From Lama glama (lineage: Eukaryota): 64,000 bases of DNA. The stretch lies in contig CM052816.1 in the NCBI GenBank assembly GCA_028534125.1, forward strand, positions 77,812,001 to 77,876,000, in the 5' to 3' direction. Positions 36,490-50,404 of the stretch are shown here, one piece after another (the first letter of the stretch is position 1; each line of letters starts with the position of its first letter). The notes under the pieces are model-generated. The model had not been told where the DNA came from and searched no databases. It worked only from the letters and a program-made list of their open reading frames with translations. Made by a program: the position numbers and the translations under genes.

Positions 36490-38910
36490 AGTGTGTATCT
36501 TCTCTTTCTCTTAAGACCACGCTAGTATAATATTAGGGTATTTTAGAAGATATAAATACAAGAAAGTAAACAAGAAAGTGATAGCACCGAACAATACATC
36601 CAACAGAATGTGGTTGGAGGAAGGCAAACTGAATTCACAAATGAGAAGGCTCAACATAAAAGGCTTGCAAAGGGGCTGACTCGCCTTCCAACAAATACTT
36701 AAGAGAATACGCTATTGGAAATTTAAAATGATAACTAATAAAACAATTAGTAATAAAGGAAGACAATGATTTTGAAGAAATCACCCAGAAAATGTATCAA
36801 AAGTCAGAGATGGAAAATGAGAAAGAAAAGATTAAAGACTTGGATAATCAGTCCTGGAAGTCTAATTGCTGACTAATAAGAATTCTAGAAAGAGAACAGA
36901 GTGAGAGGATGGAGGAAGTAAATTATCATTAAACAATAACCAAGTGTCCCAGAATTGAAGAACAAATTTTAGATTGAAAGAGTCCTCCAAATACAGACAC
37001 AGTAACCAAAAACAGGCCTACATTAAATCATTTAACAGTGAGATTTCAAAACATCTAAGTTATAAATATAAAACTAACATCTCCCAAAGGAGATAAAAAC
37101 CATAGTTCATATGCAAAGGAATGAGAATCATAATGACATATAAGGGGGATCATAGACCTAAATATGAAAGTAAAACAATAAAGATTCCAGAAGAATCAGG
37201 AAGAGAGCATCTTTGTGATATTGAGATCNNNNNNNNNNNNNNNNNNNNNNNNNNNNNNNNNNNNNNNNNNNNNNNNNNNNNNNNNNNNNNNNNNNNNNNN
37301 NNNNNNNNNNNNNNNNNNNNNNNNNNNNNNNNNNNNNNNNNNNNNNNNNNNNNNNNNNNNNNNNNNNNNNNNNNNNNNNNNNNNNNNNNNNNNNNNNNNN
37401 NNNNNNNNNNNNNNNNNNNNNNNNNNNNNNNNNNNNNNNNNNNNNNNNNNNNNNNNNNNNNNNNNNNNNNNNNNNNNNNNNNNNNNNNNNNNNNNNNNNN
37501 NNNNNNNNNNNNNNNNNNNNNNNNNNNNNNNNNNNNNNNNNNNNNNNNNNNNNNNNNNNNNNNNNNNNNNNNNNNNNNNNNNNNNNNNNNNNNNNNNNNN
37601 NNNNNNNNNNNNNNNNNNNNNNNNNNNNNNNNNNNNNNNNNNNNNNNNNNNNNNNNNNNNNNNNNNNNNNNNNNNNNNNNNNNNNNNNNNNNNNNNNNNN
37701 NNNNNNNNNNNNNNNNNNNNNNNNNNNNACAACCACATGAATGAATCTCATATTTTACTGAGCAGAAGTCAGTCACAAAATACTGTGTGATTCCATACAT
37801 GAAGTTCACGAGCAAGTAAAGCTACTCTATGGTGATAGAAACCAGAAAAGTGGTTATTTCTAGGGTGGACATAAGGTGGTACTGACAGGGAGCAGGCACC
37901 AGGTAACCTTCTGCATTGCTGACTGGAACAAGAGTACAGATTACATCTGCAAATACAGCAAAACATTTAATAATATTACTTTTCACTTTAATAAGATATT
38001 ACATTTTATAAGATTATGTCTATTAAAAAAAAAGAATTTAGGGAAGGGAAAAAAAGAATCACAAGAGTTATCAAAAGCAGCACAGGAATCTAGAATGCCA
38101 TGAAGGAATGCCTTCAAAATTCCAAGAGACAATGGCTTTGAATCTAGAATTCCAGACCCATCCAAACTTCCAATCAAGTGTGAGGGTAAACTTAAAACAT
38201 TCAGGTGAGCAAGGACTCAAAATAATTTTAACTCTCATGCACTTTGGAAGCTTTCAGAAGGTTTCTCCACCAAACATGGAAATATCCAGTGGATCCAGAG
38301 AACAAAGGGTCTGACCAGACAAGGAGGAGGGAGAGCTGTGGTGGAAAGTATTCAGGAAAAGGAGAGAACTGAAATGTGACCAGATACAATGGAGCATTTG
38401 GGAAAAATGGACAGGCTTGTGACAGATAAAATGTGACATTCAGGGGAAAAAAAAGAAATAACACCTGTACTGAAGAATTCACTGAAGAAGTGAAAATTAG
38501 GGACAGTTACTGACTCTAGAAGAAATACAGATGATACTAGAAAGAAATGTTATCAATAGTCCTCTACTTGGGTCTAAAGTGAATAATATTAATATAGCAA
38601 CACTGTAAATGCTGATAGTGGGTTTGACAAAAAAATATAACTATCCTGGGGGAACAGAGAGGGAAGTAAGGCAGATGCAATGGAGCTAAATCCTCGTCTA
38701 CAGTGGAAGAAATTTGTTAATTTCAGACACTGCCTAAACTTGATAAACGAAGAACTAGTGGTCTAAAATATTATAGAAATAAGGAGATAACCATGGGAAA
38801 AAACTGCAAAAAGGATTAAAAAGTACTGTCTGCACATAGGGTGGGACGCTAGGTGTAGGAGGCTGGGTTTTGCATTTTTAAGTCTTTCAGAACAATGTTT
38901 AATAGAATTT
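36490..38910 (+). mobile_element. HAL1 (half-L1, ORF1-like) relic, interrupted by an L1ME piece at about 37145-38035
   Basis: Degenerate ORF1-like A-rich sequence ('ttagattgaaagagtcctcc', 'aaaggaatgagaatca', 'aatgccttcaaaatt...caatcaagtgtgagggta'); inner L1ME 3' end 'tactgtgtgattccat...gtgatagaaaccagaaaagtggtta'. Confidence 0.65.
37229..37728. other. Assembly gap (500 N)
   Basis: Run of n. Confidence 1.
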
Positions 38911-40029
38911 TTAAGAGAGTAGACAGATACAAGATTCTACAGGGAAGGGAAGAGAGTGAGGAGCGAAGGATCCTAAGAATTTTGAGGAACGTCAACATTT
39001 AAAAGGGGGAGGAACCTACACAGACTGAGAAGGTGGGGGGTGGGGAGAGAACAGAAGAAAGCCTCCCGTGGGAACCAGAGGACGGCATTAACGGAGTTTC
39101 TACCCGCCGTGGCGTTACACATAGGGTGAGACTTTTACTGAGGACCCACTCACGCTTAAATCCATCTATAATTATCCCTTACAGAGGCCAGCCAAGACCT
39201 AAAAGCGGTTCTGGAATTACGGGGTCTGGAGCAGCAGCTCTTGTCACCTACTGCCCAAATGCATACCTGCAAATGCAGACCTGGCCCTGGGAGAGCAGCT
39301 GGAGCCAACTAAGTCTCCCAGACACTGCTCGACTGCCCAGCACCCCCCCTCCGCACCGAGCTGCCTGCCTCCCCAGCTGCCTGGCCCCCCGTGCCCTGAA
39401 GGACAGGACCTTGGGCTCCCGTTTCAAGGGTACGATTCTGGGACTCTCTGTGGCTTCCACTCACATATTCCAATGCTTACTTCATCCAGAGGCTCCATCC
39501 TTTGCCTACTGGACTGGACTTGATACCTGCTAGGTGCAAATGTCCCACCTTCCACCACACATGACACGAATAGTTCATGAAGCAGATGTGGCTTCGCCTT
39601 TCCTGAGATAACACCAGCCCAAAACCTGGAAGGCTTTTCAGTGAGCATTCTCTTTACAGAATGAGCTCCTTTACAGTTGGGGAATGTGGTCCTGGGTTGT
39701 TTACAGAGACATTAATTCTCTAACTGGAAATTAAAAGTATTAATTATTTACAGTAGGAAGGAAGGTGGTAAGAGAGGCCATAACAGTACTTTCGGGCCAA
39801 CAGCTGAATGAGCCAGAATGTTCTGGAAGTACGGAAAGTAAGGACACTTAAGGAAAGCCCCATCACATGGCATCTATGCAATGACAGACATATCAAAGGC
39901 ACATGTGGATGATCCAACCTGATAGATGATTTGAATAGAATGTAATTATCTTGGGAGAAGCAAATAGAATGGGGACAGTCACCAACGATCAAGGGACACT
40001 GTTTAAATGCAGGTAAACTGGGATGTTAT

Positions 40030-40265
40030 TATGATCATAATAGTAGTTGCTGAGTGCTTGCTGTGTGCTGGGGTATAAACACTTTATTAGCTCATGTAAT
40101 CCCCACAAAAACACTGAGGTCAGTAGTAGATTGTTATTATTCCCATTTCACAGATGAGGAAACTGAGACAAGGAGAGGATATGTAACTTGCCCCAAATCC
40201 CACAGCTGGCAGAGATGGGGTTTGTACCCAGGCAATACAGTTTAGAAATGCCCTCACAAGTTTAA
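40030..40265 (-). mobile_element. MIR, near full length
   Basis: 'tcccatttcacagatgaggaaactgagacaaggagagg..taacttgcccc'. Confidence 0.88.
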
Positions 40266-41774
40266 ACTGTCGTGTGAGGAACACAGATCACATGCAGTCC
40301 CACCTCTGTAAGGAGTACACTGTAGAGCCCGTAACAGAGGATATAGGAGCCGAACGAGGCAGTGAACTCACACGCGCGTTCTCAGCTCCCACAGAGGGTG
40401 AAACACTGACAGGAAATTCCATAGCCAGGCGTCCAAGTATAGTCACAGCTACTAAGTTGGACTTAAGAAAGTCTAGTTCTTGCCACAACTGTGAGCATAG
40501 AATGAGCTTAGCAAACCAAGCCCTGGGTTTCCAGTACTGCCATCCTGAAAAGTTACGTATCCTGATGTAAACTGCAGCCTTGAAACGTCCAAGGGTACAA
40601 CATTCAGGGAGAAAGTTTGTGAAATATATTCCAGCCAATTGAGCCTGTCACTTAGGGGTGGGGGGGGATTCATATCTATTTTTAAGGAAAATTCTTAACA
40701 CAAGGACCCAGCTCTGAGCATGCAAGTCTGTAGGTTAATTTTACTCCAAGGGCAAAGAGGTTTCCAAGTGAGCCAGACGCATCCTGAGATAATTCAGAGA
40801 AACAGTTCACAGAAAAGAACTACAGGCTTTGTTGAAAAGACTTCTCGCTATTTGCTCAGCATCAGCATGAGAGTCCTCACCCCGAACTGTTCTCAATCCT
40901 GATTTGTTTGAAAATCAATCCAAAATGTCTCCCTACCAGCCCCATTCCCTTCTAGTAAATTTTATAAAGCAATAAATTCACATCAAACACTATTCATTGA
41001 GAAACTTCAGAAGAAACTAGTCAAATTCACTACACAGTGGACACAGCAAGGAAATCAACATTCCTCCGCCACATTTTTTCACAGGGAGGGCCACGGAGAT
41101 CTCCTCCCATCCCTCCAGGCAGGGCATGACTCCCAGGAAGGGGTCTTGGCAAAGACAGGGAGTGAAAGGCTTGCAGAGCTGAGACTTCTGCATTAAAACC
41201 CGTGTGGCTCCAGCCATGCTCTAAGTAGTCTGAGCTCTAAGTATCCCAGACTTCACGGCTGACTCTTGAAGGCACCCAGCTGCAAGCTTTCTTGCCAAAG
41301 GCCCAAAGCAGTAAGTTCAAGGTGCTTCCTGGCTCTGATTCAGCCAGTACGGAAGGACCCCATGTTGACAGTGGTGCAGGAACAGCTCTGAGCCTTCTGT
41401 AAGAGTGCTCTGGAAAGCATTATCCTACCCAAAGGGGATGAAAGTCTCTTTGAAAGCATTTCGCCTAGCCTGCTCAAAGATGAAGACAAAAACCATAACA
41501 CATGGGGAGGACCAATATCCCACGCACTGCTGATTGATCTTATCTGGCTGTTCTGCTTTCGAAAACCTTTTGCTCATGAAAGAAAAGCACGTTCCCATCA
41601 CTAACTGTCCCTGGAGCAAGTCACCTGCTCTTTCACAGTCTCAAGGATCGAAAAATAAAAAGTTGAATTATAAATGATCATTGAGGTCTCATACTGTCTA
41701 GTAATGAGAAATGTCAAAAATGGTCAAATACAATTCCACATGTTTAACATACACACTCACTGTGCATCCCTCCT

Positions 41775-42620
41775 CACAAACATTTACTCATTCACTCGAT
41801 AAAAATGTATTGCCTGCTAGATGCCAACAAGCACCTTCTGGGCACAGGGGACAGAGCCGCCAACAACGCAAAGCCCTGCTTACTCGGAGCTTGCCTTCCA
41901 GGACTGGCCAGGAGCAAAATAATCAACAAATACTTGGCAGGCAGTGATAGCTCTTACGGAGAAAAACAAAGAGGGATAGAGACTATCTGAGTTGGGTAGG
42001 GTGTGCTGTTTGAAATATGATTAGGAAAGGCCCCTCTGAATAAGATGACATTTGTAGAATCGAAAGAATAAAAACTAGTGACTATAACGCAAAAGGAACA
42101 GACTTGCAGATACAGAGAACAAACTTGTAGTTACCCCAAGGGGGAGAGTGGAAGGAGGTGAAGTCAGAAAGATCACCAGGGTTCTTGGAATGGCATACTC
42201 TGATCCACGTGCTTAAAAGATTATTCTTACCACTGTATGTGACAAATAGACTTAGAGTGACAAGGATCTCCCTATAAGCAGGGGGCCAGTTAGGAGGCCA
42301 TTGCAATAGTCTAGATGAGCAATGGTGGTGACTTGGACCAGGTGGCAATAGAGGAGCTGAGAAGAACTGGACGTACTGTGAAGGGGGTGCCAACAGGATT
42401 TGCTAATGTACAGCATGAGGGGTGAGAGAGAAAGAGAAGACTCAAAGATGACTCCCAGGTTTTTCACTGAGTAAGTGGAATGATGGAGTTTCCATTTACT
42501 GGCCTGGGAAAACTTACAGAAGGAACATACTTGGGGTGGTGGCAGATAGAAATCTGGATGTCCCATTTTAGGCATGAGAAGTTTGTGGTGCCTTTTAGAT
42601 AGCTTATGAAAGTGTGATAT
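41775..42620 (-). mobile_element. L2 (antisense) with a short + strand L1 3' UTR fragment at about 42060-42155
   Basis: L2: 'ccagttaggaggccattgcaatagtctagatgag...tcaaagatgactcccaggttt'; L1: 'acagacttgcagatacagagaacaaacttgtagttacc'. Confidence 0.78.
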
Positions 42621-42721
42621 TAATACCACAGGCTTCTAGAATCTTCTTTAGAGAATTTAAAATATAATCCCCAATAACAACACTCACATCTACTTGGGAA
42701 CTGTCCAGAGAATACCTATGA

Positions 42722-42935
42722 CCAGAGGGTTTGCCAGTAAGTGTTTGACAACCTGTTCTCCAGGGGGGGAAAGTCAGCTGTAGCAATTTGCCAGTTTCCA
42801 TAGTGTAAATACCACCACTGAGGCCAATTTCAAGCTGGCAGTGTGAAGTCACTGAATGCAGGGAGGGGAAGGGAAGGGCACGTTGGCTCTCCCACACCAG
42901 TGTGAGCCCAGCAGCGGGCTCAGGGCGGGCACCAC
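42722..42935. mobile_element. MER63A-like hAT-Blackjack element
   Basis: 'ttgccagtttccatagtgtaaataccaccactgaggccaatttcaagct...gtcactgaatgcag'. Confidence 0.75.
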
Positions 42936-43502
42936 AGTGACCCCGCCCCAGGGTCCCACACCCCTCAGAAAGGAAAGAGGGCAAAGCAGGGAGCATTTTA
43001 GGCAGGGAGGTAATGGCTTTAGGCCGTTATCCTTTAAACACCTTTGCAGGGGTTTTGATAAAACAGGTTGTGAGAAAGCCTGAGGCATCTGTATTATAAA
43101 CAGCTGCCTTGTTGTAGCAAGCTGATCCAAGATCTGACATTAATTACCTCTAATGTAAAACAAATTTACTCTCAGATTTCAACGGGGGGTAGAGCAGGAC
43201 GTGGTCCCAGGTCCCACAGATGGTCCCCAAGTCATTTTTAAAAGGAAGGACAGCTCTATCCTCTATATTTGTTTCTGGATTCTGAGCCCAGGAGCCCTTT
43301 CTGAGTTAGTCAAGAAATACCTGGATCACTTTCAAATTTGGGGTGAATGAAGAAAAAAATTTGCTCTAGTCTTTAATCGGCTCCTTGGGACAACTCTTTT
43401 CTCAGGGCAATGAATGACATTAGGTTTGCCTTAGCAAACTGTTGTCCCGTTCGCAAAGTGAAGATTCTTAGGAAAAGCTGTATTTCCTTCTGCACTCTAG
43501 AA

Positions 43503-43695
43503 CAAGGTCCTTAATCCTCTCTGTATTTTTAGAATCAGCCGGAAAATTTTTTTTAGAGTACTCATGCCAGGCATGGGGTTGGAGGTCACCCACATCCAGA
43601 GATTCAGGTCCAGTTGGTTGATAAAACCTGGGTGTGGGTATTTTTTAAATGCTCCCCAGCTGATTCAAATGCGTAGCCAGGGCTGGGAGCCACTG
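43503..43695. mobile_element. MER5B-like hAT-Charlie element
   Basis: 'tttttaaatgctccccagctgattcaaatgcgtagccagggctgggagccactg'. Confidence 0.78.
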
Positions 43696-45189
43696 CAGGT
43701 TGGAGTAATGAACGGTTAGTTAGAATCAACCTGATCACTTCGTGGTTGTTGAAAACGGACTTCTATACATATGGTGGTGGATAAGCCCAGGGCTAGGAAT
43801 CAGTGACCCAGGGTTCTACTCCTATTCCTCCCATTTAGCAAACGTCCGTGGAAGCTCTAGGCTGACTCGTCCACCTGACATGCGTGCTGCCATGCGTGCT
43901 GCCTCAAATGCAGAGGAGTGTTCACTTTGGCACCAACAAGGAAGCCTCTGCATAGCTTGAGGGCGTGTTTTCCTAAGAAAGGCAGCCAGAGCTGTTGTTG
44001 CTTATAACTAATCAAAGAGCTGGTAAAATATCTTGATAAGGAATGTTTGAGTGAAACAAGGCTGGTCCAAGAATTGGCCCAAAATAAAGCATCTTGTCAA
44101 GCTGATGCACAATCCTAACCTTTCCCAACTCCCACGCCTGAGTTTAGTTTTATCGCCTCACAATAGCAGAACTAATGGGGACCCAGCACTCTTGTTCAAA
44201 ACACTGAAATTTCACATGGCTCCTGACCAAACAATGAAGCAGTCAAAGTTCAGTTAAGAAATTCATTCTAAAATCAAACAATGCTTAACTGCCTGATCCT
44301 TTGCATTTTTAACAGTAGGGGTCCCTTCCATGACCACTGGCAACGAATGGCCACTTGCAGCAAACACTCATTTTAGTGTAAGTCTACATGTTCTCTTTCC
44401 TGTCCTGCCTCTCCAGTCCAGAACAATCCCATCCCCTGCCCTGCCCTCATGCACACACTCCCCCAACTCACACACACACACACCAACATGGGGACACAGA
44501 GAAGACAACAGCAAACAAAGCAGAATGGATGGAGAATGGATGGTAAGGGCTGATGGTCCAACCGAAAGACAAAGGCCCAGGAACTGTTTCCAAGGAGGAT
44601 GAGCAATATCTTCACTACAGAGCAGGGCCCCAGCCATGGGCAAGTCACCCCAGGATGTAGGGCCTGATGTCGCTCGAAGGACACAGCCACTAAAGGAGTC
44701 AGAACTGGCTCAGGGCAGACAATGTCAGCTTCCATTTACCACACTATCGGCACTTCTGGCCCATCTCCCTCCTCCAAGTGTGTCTCCGGGGAAGGCTGGA
44801 GAGGAAGAGGCACACAACTGCCAGTGGCTGCAGAGGCTTTTGATTAAGGGAAGTCAGTGGAATGGAAGCTTTGTCCTTTAAATCCCTCAAAACAGCATCC
44901 AAAATTTTTTTTAAAAATGTAGACAGAAAAAGAAGAGGAGCAGAAATGCTCAGGGCTTCAGCCCGGAAGGCCAGATGGGGGAAGCAAATAAATTCAGCGC
45001 TTTCAACAAGAGAGCAGGGTGATGCTGCCAAACGTGGCAGGGGAGGCGATTCTCTGTTTTGCTTACCTCTCTTCTCACCCAAGAACACAAGTTACGAATT
45101 TCATGGAAATGGATGGTGGAATGAATCAGTTACATTCACCAGGTCACCCTTTTCCAAATACAATCACCACTTTAGCAAATCTGGTCTCT

Positions 45190-45490
45190 TGCCTGTGCTG
45201 GTCCCTCTGGCCTGATAAGCTCCTTCTTATCACTCAGGACCCAGTTCAGATGTCACCTCCTCTGTGAGGCTTCCCTGGACTTCCCCAGGTAGAACCTATG
45301 GCTCCTTCTCCTTTGTTCCTGAGGCCTTTGTCCATACTCGACATGGATATATTGTCATGTTGTCATCTACTTACGTGTCTGTCTCTCCAAGTAAACTGGG
45401 AGCTCCCAGGGCTAAGAGCTAGACCTTGTTCATTTTCTCATCCCCAGTGTCTGATAAATGCTAAGGGAACAGATGAATAGACACAAAGAT
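45190..45490 (+). mobile_element. L2 3' end
   Basis: 'cagttcagatgtcacctcctctgtgaggcttccctg...taaactgggagctccc'. Confidence 0.75.
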
Positions 45491-46224
45491 ACCAGGGGAA
45501 TTCAGAGAGGCCACTGATCTAAAAAGGAATCTTCATCTATAGGAGACAGGGGAGCTGCACGACCATGAGGCAGACTTTTCTATAGGCAGCGAGTCATCTT
45601 CTCTGGGAGTTTGGAAGGGCTGTCAGCAGGATCTCTGCCAGTCTCCTCTGTGTCTCCCTCTATTTATACCCTGCTAGGGCCAAGAGACAGGAGAGGCTGT
45701 CTGAACTCAAAAACAATGGTCCACAAGAATACCTCCTCTGCATTTATTCTTGGCAAGGAACCCCAGAGGTTAGGCTTCCCTTAGAAAGCAGCCACTGAGA
45801 GAGGGAAAGTCCCGTTTTTCAATTCTTCGGCTATTTCCAAAGAAATTGATGGTAACTTTAAATATCTGCTTGGTAGTCTTTAAGGCATCAAAATTCACCC
45901 TTAAGCAAAAAAAACTATAAGGCACTGCAAAAGTCGCTGACTCAAAAAACTTTCAGGTTACTGGAAAGGGAATAGAAAAAAAAAGTAAAAAATAAAGAAT
46001 AAAACTGAGTCTCTAAGACAGCAAGAAATATAAGGGAGGAGGTGGGGATGTAAACATTGCCATCTCGTCCAAGTATTTTAACTGTGTAATGGGGCAAAGA
46101 GCTCAGTAAAATACTTGGGCTTATACTTAGTGGATCCAAAAACAAATACACACATACAGACGTGTATACAGTACAGCAACTATTAACCTAGCTTGCTAAA
46201 ATCTCATTTTGATTCCTTTTAGGA

Positions 46225-46445
46225 AGAGGCAAATGCTCCAGTGACTAAGAGCCCACATTTAGATGTCAGACCTGCACCAACTCTCACAGCCTTCCAGATG
46301 TGAGACCCTGAGCAAGGTACTCAAGCCCCTTGAGCCTCAGTCTCTTTAGCTGTAAAATGGGCTGCTTCCTGAGGTGCTGCATGTAAAAGGTCTCAGCACA
46401 GTGGTGGGACCAAGAAAGGGCTCAGAAGTGGTAAGTGGCAATGTT
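46225..46445 (+). mobile_element. MIR
   Basis: 'gagcctcagtctctttagctgtaaaatggg...catgtaaaaggtctcagcacagtg'. Confidence 0.75.
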
Positions 46446-47287
46446 TGTAGGAGAAGTCTTCAGAATCATTATGACCATCATCACACTAACAAGAAAAGAA
46501 ATTAATGTCAGGACCGTAGGAAGAAAGGAAAAAGTCCTGAACTTCCTTCTCTCCCTTCATCTGTTTATCAAATGTGTTTGTCTCTCTGTAGAATCCTCAA
46601 GAATGATAGAAAGGCCCAATACAGTCACAGAATTAACCAGGAAGAACATTAACACGTTTGATCAAGACTTTCGAACAAATAGTTGAGACAAAAGGGTTTC
46701 TTCTCTGAACATTCAATTACCAGGAAAAACCCCTACCCTAGGAGCTTGGTTCTCCTAAGTTTGAATTGTTCATTGGTTTCAGAGGTCTGAGAAACCACCT
46801 GAATACAGATTTCTTTCTAGAAGTCACAACAGAGAGTTCCCACTTGTTATGTCTCCAACGATTTGGAGGAATTGAACACATATCCCAAGAACAGCCTGTT
46901 TTCTTGGTATTAAAAATGAAGCACCAGCCCAATTTCAAGTTTGTGGACTTTGTAATAATAGATGCCATTGCTGAAGACAGCACTGTTACCAGAGGCTTGA
47001 AACACTCAGCAGGACAAATTTGTCCCGTTTTATCATAGGTTTTCAAGGGCTGAAGACCAGACATTTAAACACAAGTGTATTGGGGGTGGGGGGTGTATGT
47101 TTATGTGCATTCAAGCAACAAAACTGGGTATGAGGATTACGAGCCATGCCCCATACCTGACTTTTCTTGTCATGATGACAATGCTCCCAACTTGCACAAG
47201 TCAGTTCACCCACATCAGAAAGGAAAAGAAAAAAAGAAAGAAAATCTTTAAAGCACCAATGAAACCCGGCCAAGTTACAAGCATCAG

Positions 47288-47643
47288 TGCCGTTTTAGTC
47301 CACTCGGGCTGCTGTAACAGAACACCATAGACTAGGCAGCTTATAAACAACAGAAATTTACTTCTCACACTTCTGCAGGCCTGGAAGCCTGAGCTAAAGG
47401 CCCTGGCAGAGTCAGGGTCTGGTGAGACCCCACTTCCTGCTTCACAGACAGCCATCTTCTCAATGAGTCCGTTCATGGCTGAAAGATCAAGAGAGGTTCC
47501 TTTTATAAGGGCACTAATTCCATTCTTGGGGGCTCCACCCTCTTGACCTAATTACCTCCCAAGTCCCCACCTCCTAGTACCATCACACTGGGGGTTGGAT
47601 TTTCAATATATGAATTTGGGGGGCACACATTCAGTCTATAACA
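47288..47643 (-). mobile_element. MLT1A0-like MaLR solo LTR
   Basis: 'gggctgctgtaacagaacaccatagact...tataagggcactaattccatt...acattcagtctataaca'. Confidence 0.88.
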
Positions 47644-47944
47644 AGTACCAGTGGTCAAGAAGATGCAAATAAATTCAAATGGCACATTTCTACAAATTTC
47701 ATTTTTTATCTGACTTTAGAATGAACAATATAAGAAGGTATTAGGTTAGGAATTTTTTGTCCTTTTCTTTTGCAATTAATCTTTAGCATTTGGGTTGTGG
47801 AGAAAGGCAATTACAATATAATTACATTCCATAAACACAGACCAAGTGATGATTGTAGAATTACACTTGGTAAGAGGGAGGAGCCATTCTTGGATGAAAA
47901 ATTTGGATAAAAGAGTGGATAATGGTCTGGGAGCTGGTTTATCA

Positions 47945-48180
47945 TGTATGTATTTCCATGTTATAGACATAAGCATGTATATACACATATATGTAGCAAA
48001 TTAATACCAATATTATATATGTGTGTATGTGTGTATATATATATACACATTCATGTGTCTATATAAATATGGGATTGATATGTATATAGTTCTGTGTATA
48101 TTGGTGTATATATATGTGAACATATGTACATATACAGGCATTGAACAATTCATGCATGTAAGCAGTATATGTGTGTATTC
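47945..48180. repeat. Degenerate (TA/TG)n low-complexity tract
   Basis: Alternating purine-pyrimidine runs. Confidence 0.85.
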
Positions 48181-50313
48181 TCGTGAAGTTTCATCCTCAC
48201 AAAATAATTTGTCTCGTGAGCCCCGTCTGTAGCTGACATACGGCCTTGTTTTAGGAAACGTGTTTTCCATTTACATGGTTTATTAGTCCCTGGTTGTTTC
48301 CTTCCTCCAGTAAAGCAAGGCTGGACCTACATCTTCTTCCCTCCTCCCCACCAGGTCACCTGCCCACTCTGGGAAAAGCCAAGTCCCACCCACTCTTGCA
48401 GGACCATGACTCACACCATCCCACCCTGTGGACAGCCCAGGGCAGCCCATCCTTATCCTAAGTGACTGTCTCTACCAATCCCAACTTTTTCTTCCCGAAG
48501 GCCTTTGTCTGCCCTAGTAGAGTGCAGATTTTGGTGGGAAGGCTCATCCAGGAAGCCTCTATGGGACATGTGACATCTGGACCCAATAATGCCTTGTAAT
48601 AAAGTACCTCCTGTAGCCAGAATCAAGCCTCATCCCCTATGTTCACGGTGAAAGTCATGTTACAGAGTCTCTTAAGAGGGCACGGATTCAAGCTTTGATT
48701 TTTACATGAATATGACTCTGCTGCCCTTGAGAAAGTGTGGGGAAGTCTGTCTGGTGAAGCACTTGGGTCACCATACGTGCCCACTCTCCTGAAGCCAGAC
48801 GCACTGTCTGCCATGCCTCGGTTCTCCATCTCCCTTTAGCCTGGGTGGGGGGGCCCTCTTGAGTACAGAGTTCAGGGTCTTCTCCACCACCCCACTTCCT
48901 CAGTCTCTTGAGAGGCAAAGGGATGGATGCATTTTCCCACCCACAGCACCACCGCCCCATTCCCAGCCATGCTATGAGTAGAACCAGCAGGGTCCCGGGC
49001 TTCACCCGGGTCAGTCTGTCCTTAAAATGCCTCCACCATCCCATCCCCACTCCTTCTTCTCCTCTAGGACCCTCCCTCATATGCTCAATTGCCTGTTCTT
49101 GGCCCAGAGGCACTCCTATGCCCAGTGGAGCCCTATAATCCTAAATTTCTCTTAGACCTTCTCCATTCTCATCAAGAACATATCAGTCTTCTGTGTCCTT
49201 TTCCCGAAAAGTGACAGGAGATGATATGTTACTCTGCTATTTTAATTACCACTTGACGCATCTGCCAGCCAGTGGGTTATCCCTTACCAAGAAGAAGATC
49301 AATAGAAGGTAAAACTAGAGATGGGGTCCTAAGAATTCAGTGTAGGCTAATGAGGAGTCACTTGAGGGAGGAGTAAGGTTTTGGCCCTCTTATGCCATCC
49401 CATGTAAATAGTCACCAACTCTACACAAAAAGCAAAGCCAAGAGGAGGGACAGAAGACCACCAGAAAGTATTTCTCCCCAAGGACCAGGTTAAGTGTTTC
49501 TGGTCCTCAACCCCACCCTGACCTCTCTCACAACCGCACACAGAGCCTCTCTCGGCTCCCACGTGGAGGGTGGGCTTCCTCCTCCTGCGTAGGGGAGTCT
49601 AGCAGACAAACAGCACACCAGGGGCAGGGAAGCATCCGTGTGCTTCCCCAGGGGCACCACCGAGGGGCTGGAATACATGGAACTCAAAGGCCAAGCAATC
49701 AAAAACACTTTTGGCAGGAAGACAAGGGCCATCAGGAAGCTAATTTAGATCCCGTTTGGCTGACTTGGGTCTGGAAGGAACAGAGAAAGAACAAGAAAAT
49801 TATGTAGTGAATTGTCAGAAGGCAGGAAAGACCCAAGGCCTTGGTCTCAATCATATTCCATGTGAAGTTCTGGCATGATGCACGCATGAAACCTGCCAAG
49901 CCCTGAGTAATGGGAACAAACAAGAGAGGAAGGGGGGTTGCTAAGAGCGACTGGTGGGGAGGGGGAAATCAGGCTGTGTCTAGGTGGTGCCAAACATCTG
50001 GGTAAACTCTAAATTGTTTAAGCCAATATCGAGGCATTTTGTCTATAGAATAGCAAACATCAAATCTGAAAATGTCTAGGTCACATCATTGTGATTTTGC
50101 TTTGTTTTATTTTTCAGTGTTTGTGCAGATGTTTGAAAGTTCCTTGAGGGCATCACCAAGGCTTATCTATTTCCAGGGATCTATCTCTACCTTCCAGCAC
50201 TTAGTATGTGTCTGGTACCTAGTTGCTTCTCTACATATTTTTGAGGAAGGGAGAGAGTGAAGGAGGGAGGGAGGGAGGGAGCCATGTACAGATTACCCCC
50301 AAATCTTTAATGA

Positions 50314-50404
50314 CAGGATGACCACATAGCTTACTGCCCAAACTGGGACAACTCAGAGAGTAAAAGAGTTTGCTAACACTGGCCCAAGCCATATGGTCAC
50401 CCTG
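50314..50404. mobile_element. MER81-like hAT-Blackjack MITE
   Basis: Imperfect TIRs 'caggatgaccacata' / 'tatggtcaccctg'. Confidence 0.65.

Larger units (their letters stand above)
34060..39110 (-). mobile_element. Fragmented L2 hosting several later insertions
   Basis: Antisense L2 motifs at about 34060-34170, 34575-35440, 36380-36480 and 38915-39110, apparently in consensus order. Confidence 0.6.

Noticed and set aside
37121..37815. Long ORFs of 180-221 aa
   Set aside because: Artefacts of translating the 500-N gap; the same applies to 59145-59336.
39033..39533. 166-aa ORF
   Set aside because: Starts at GTG inside an antisense L2 relic and has no recognisable homology.
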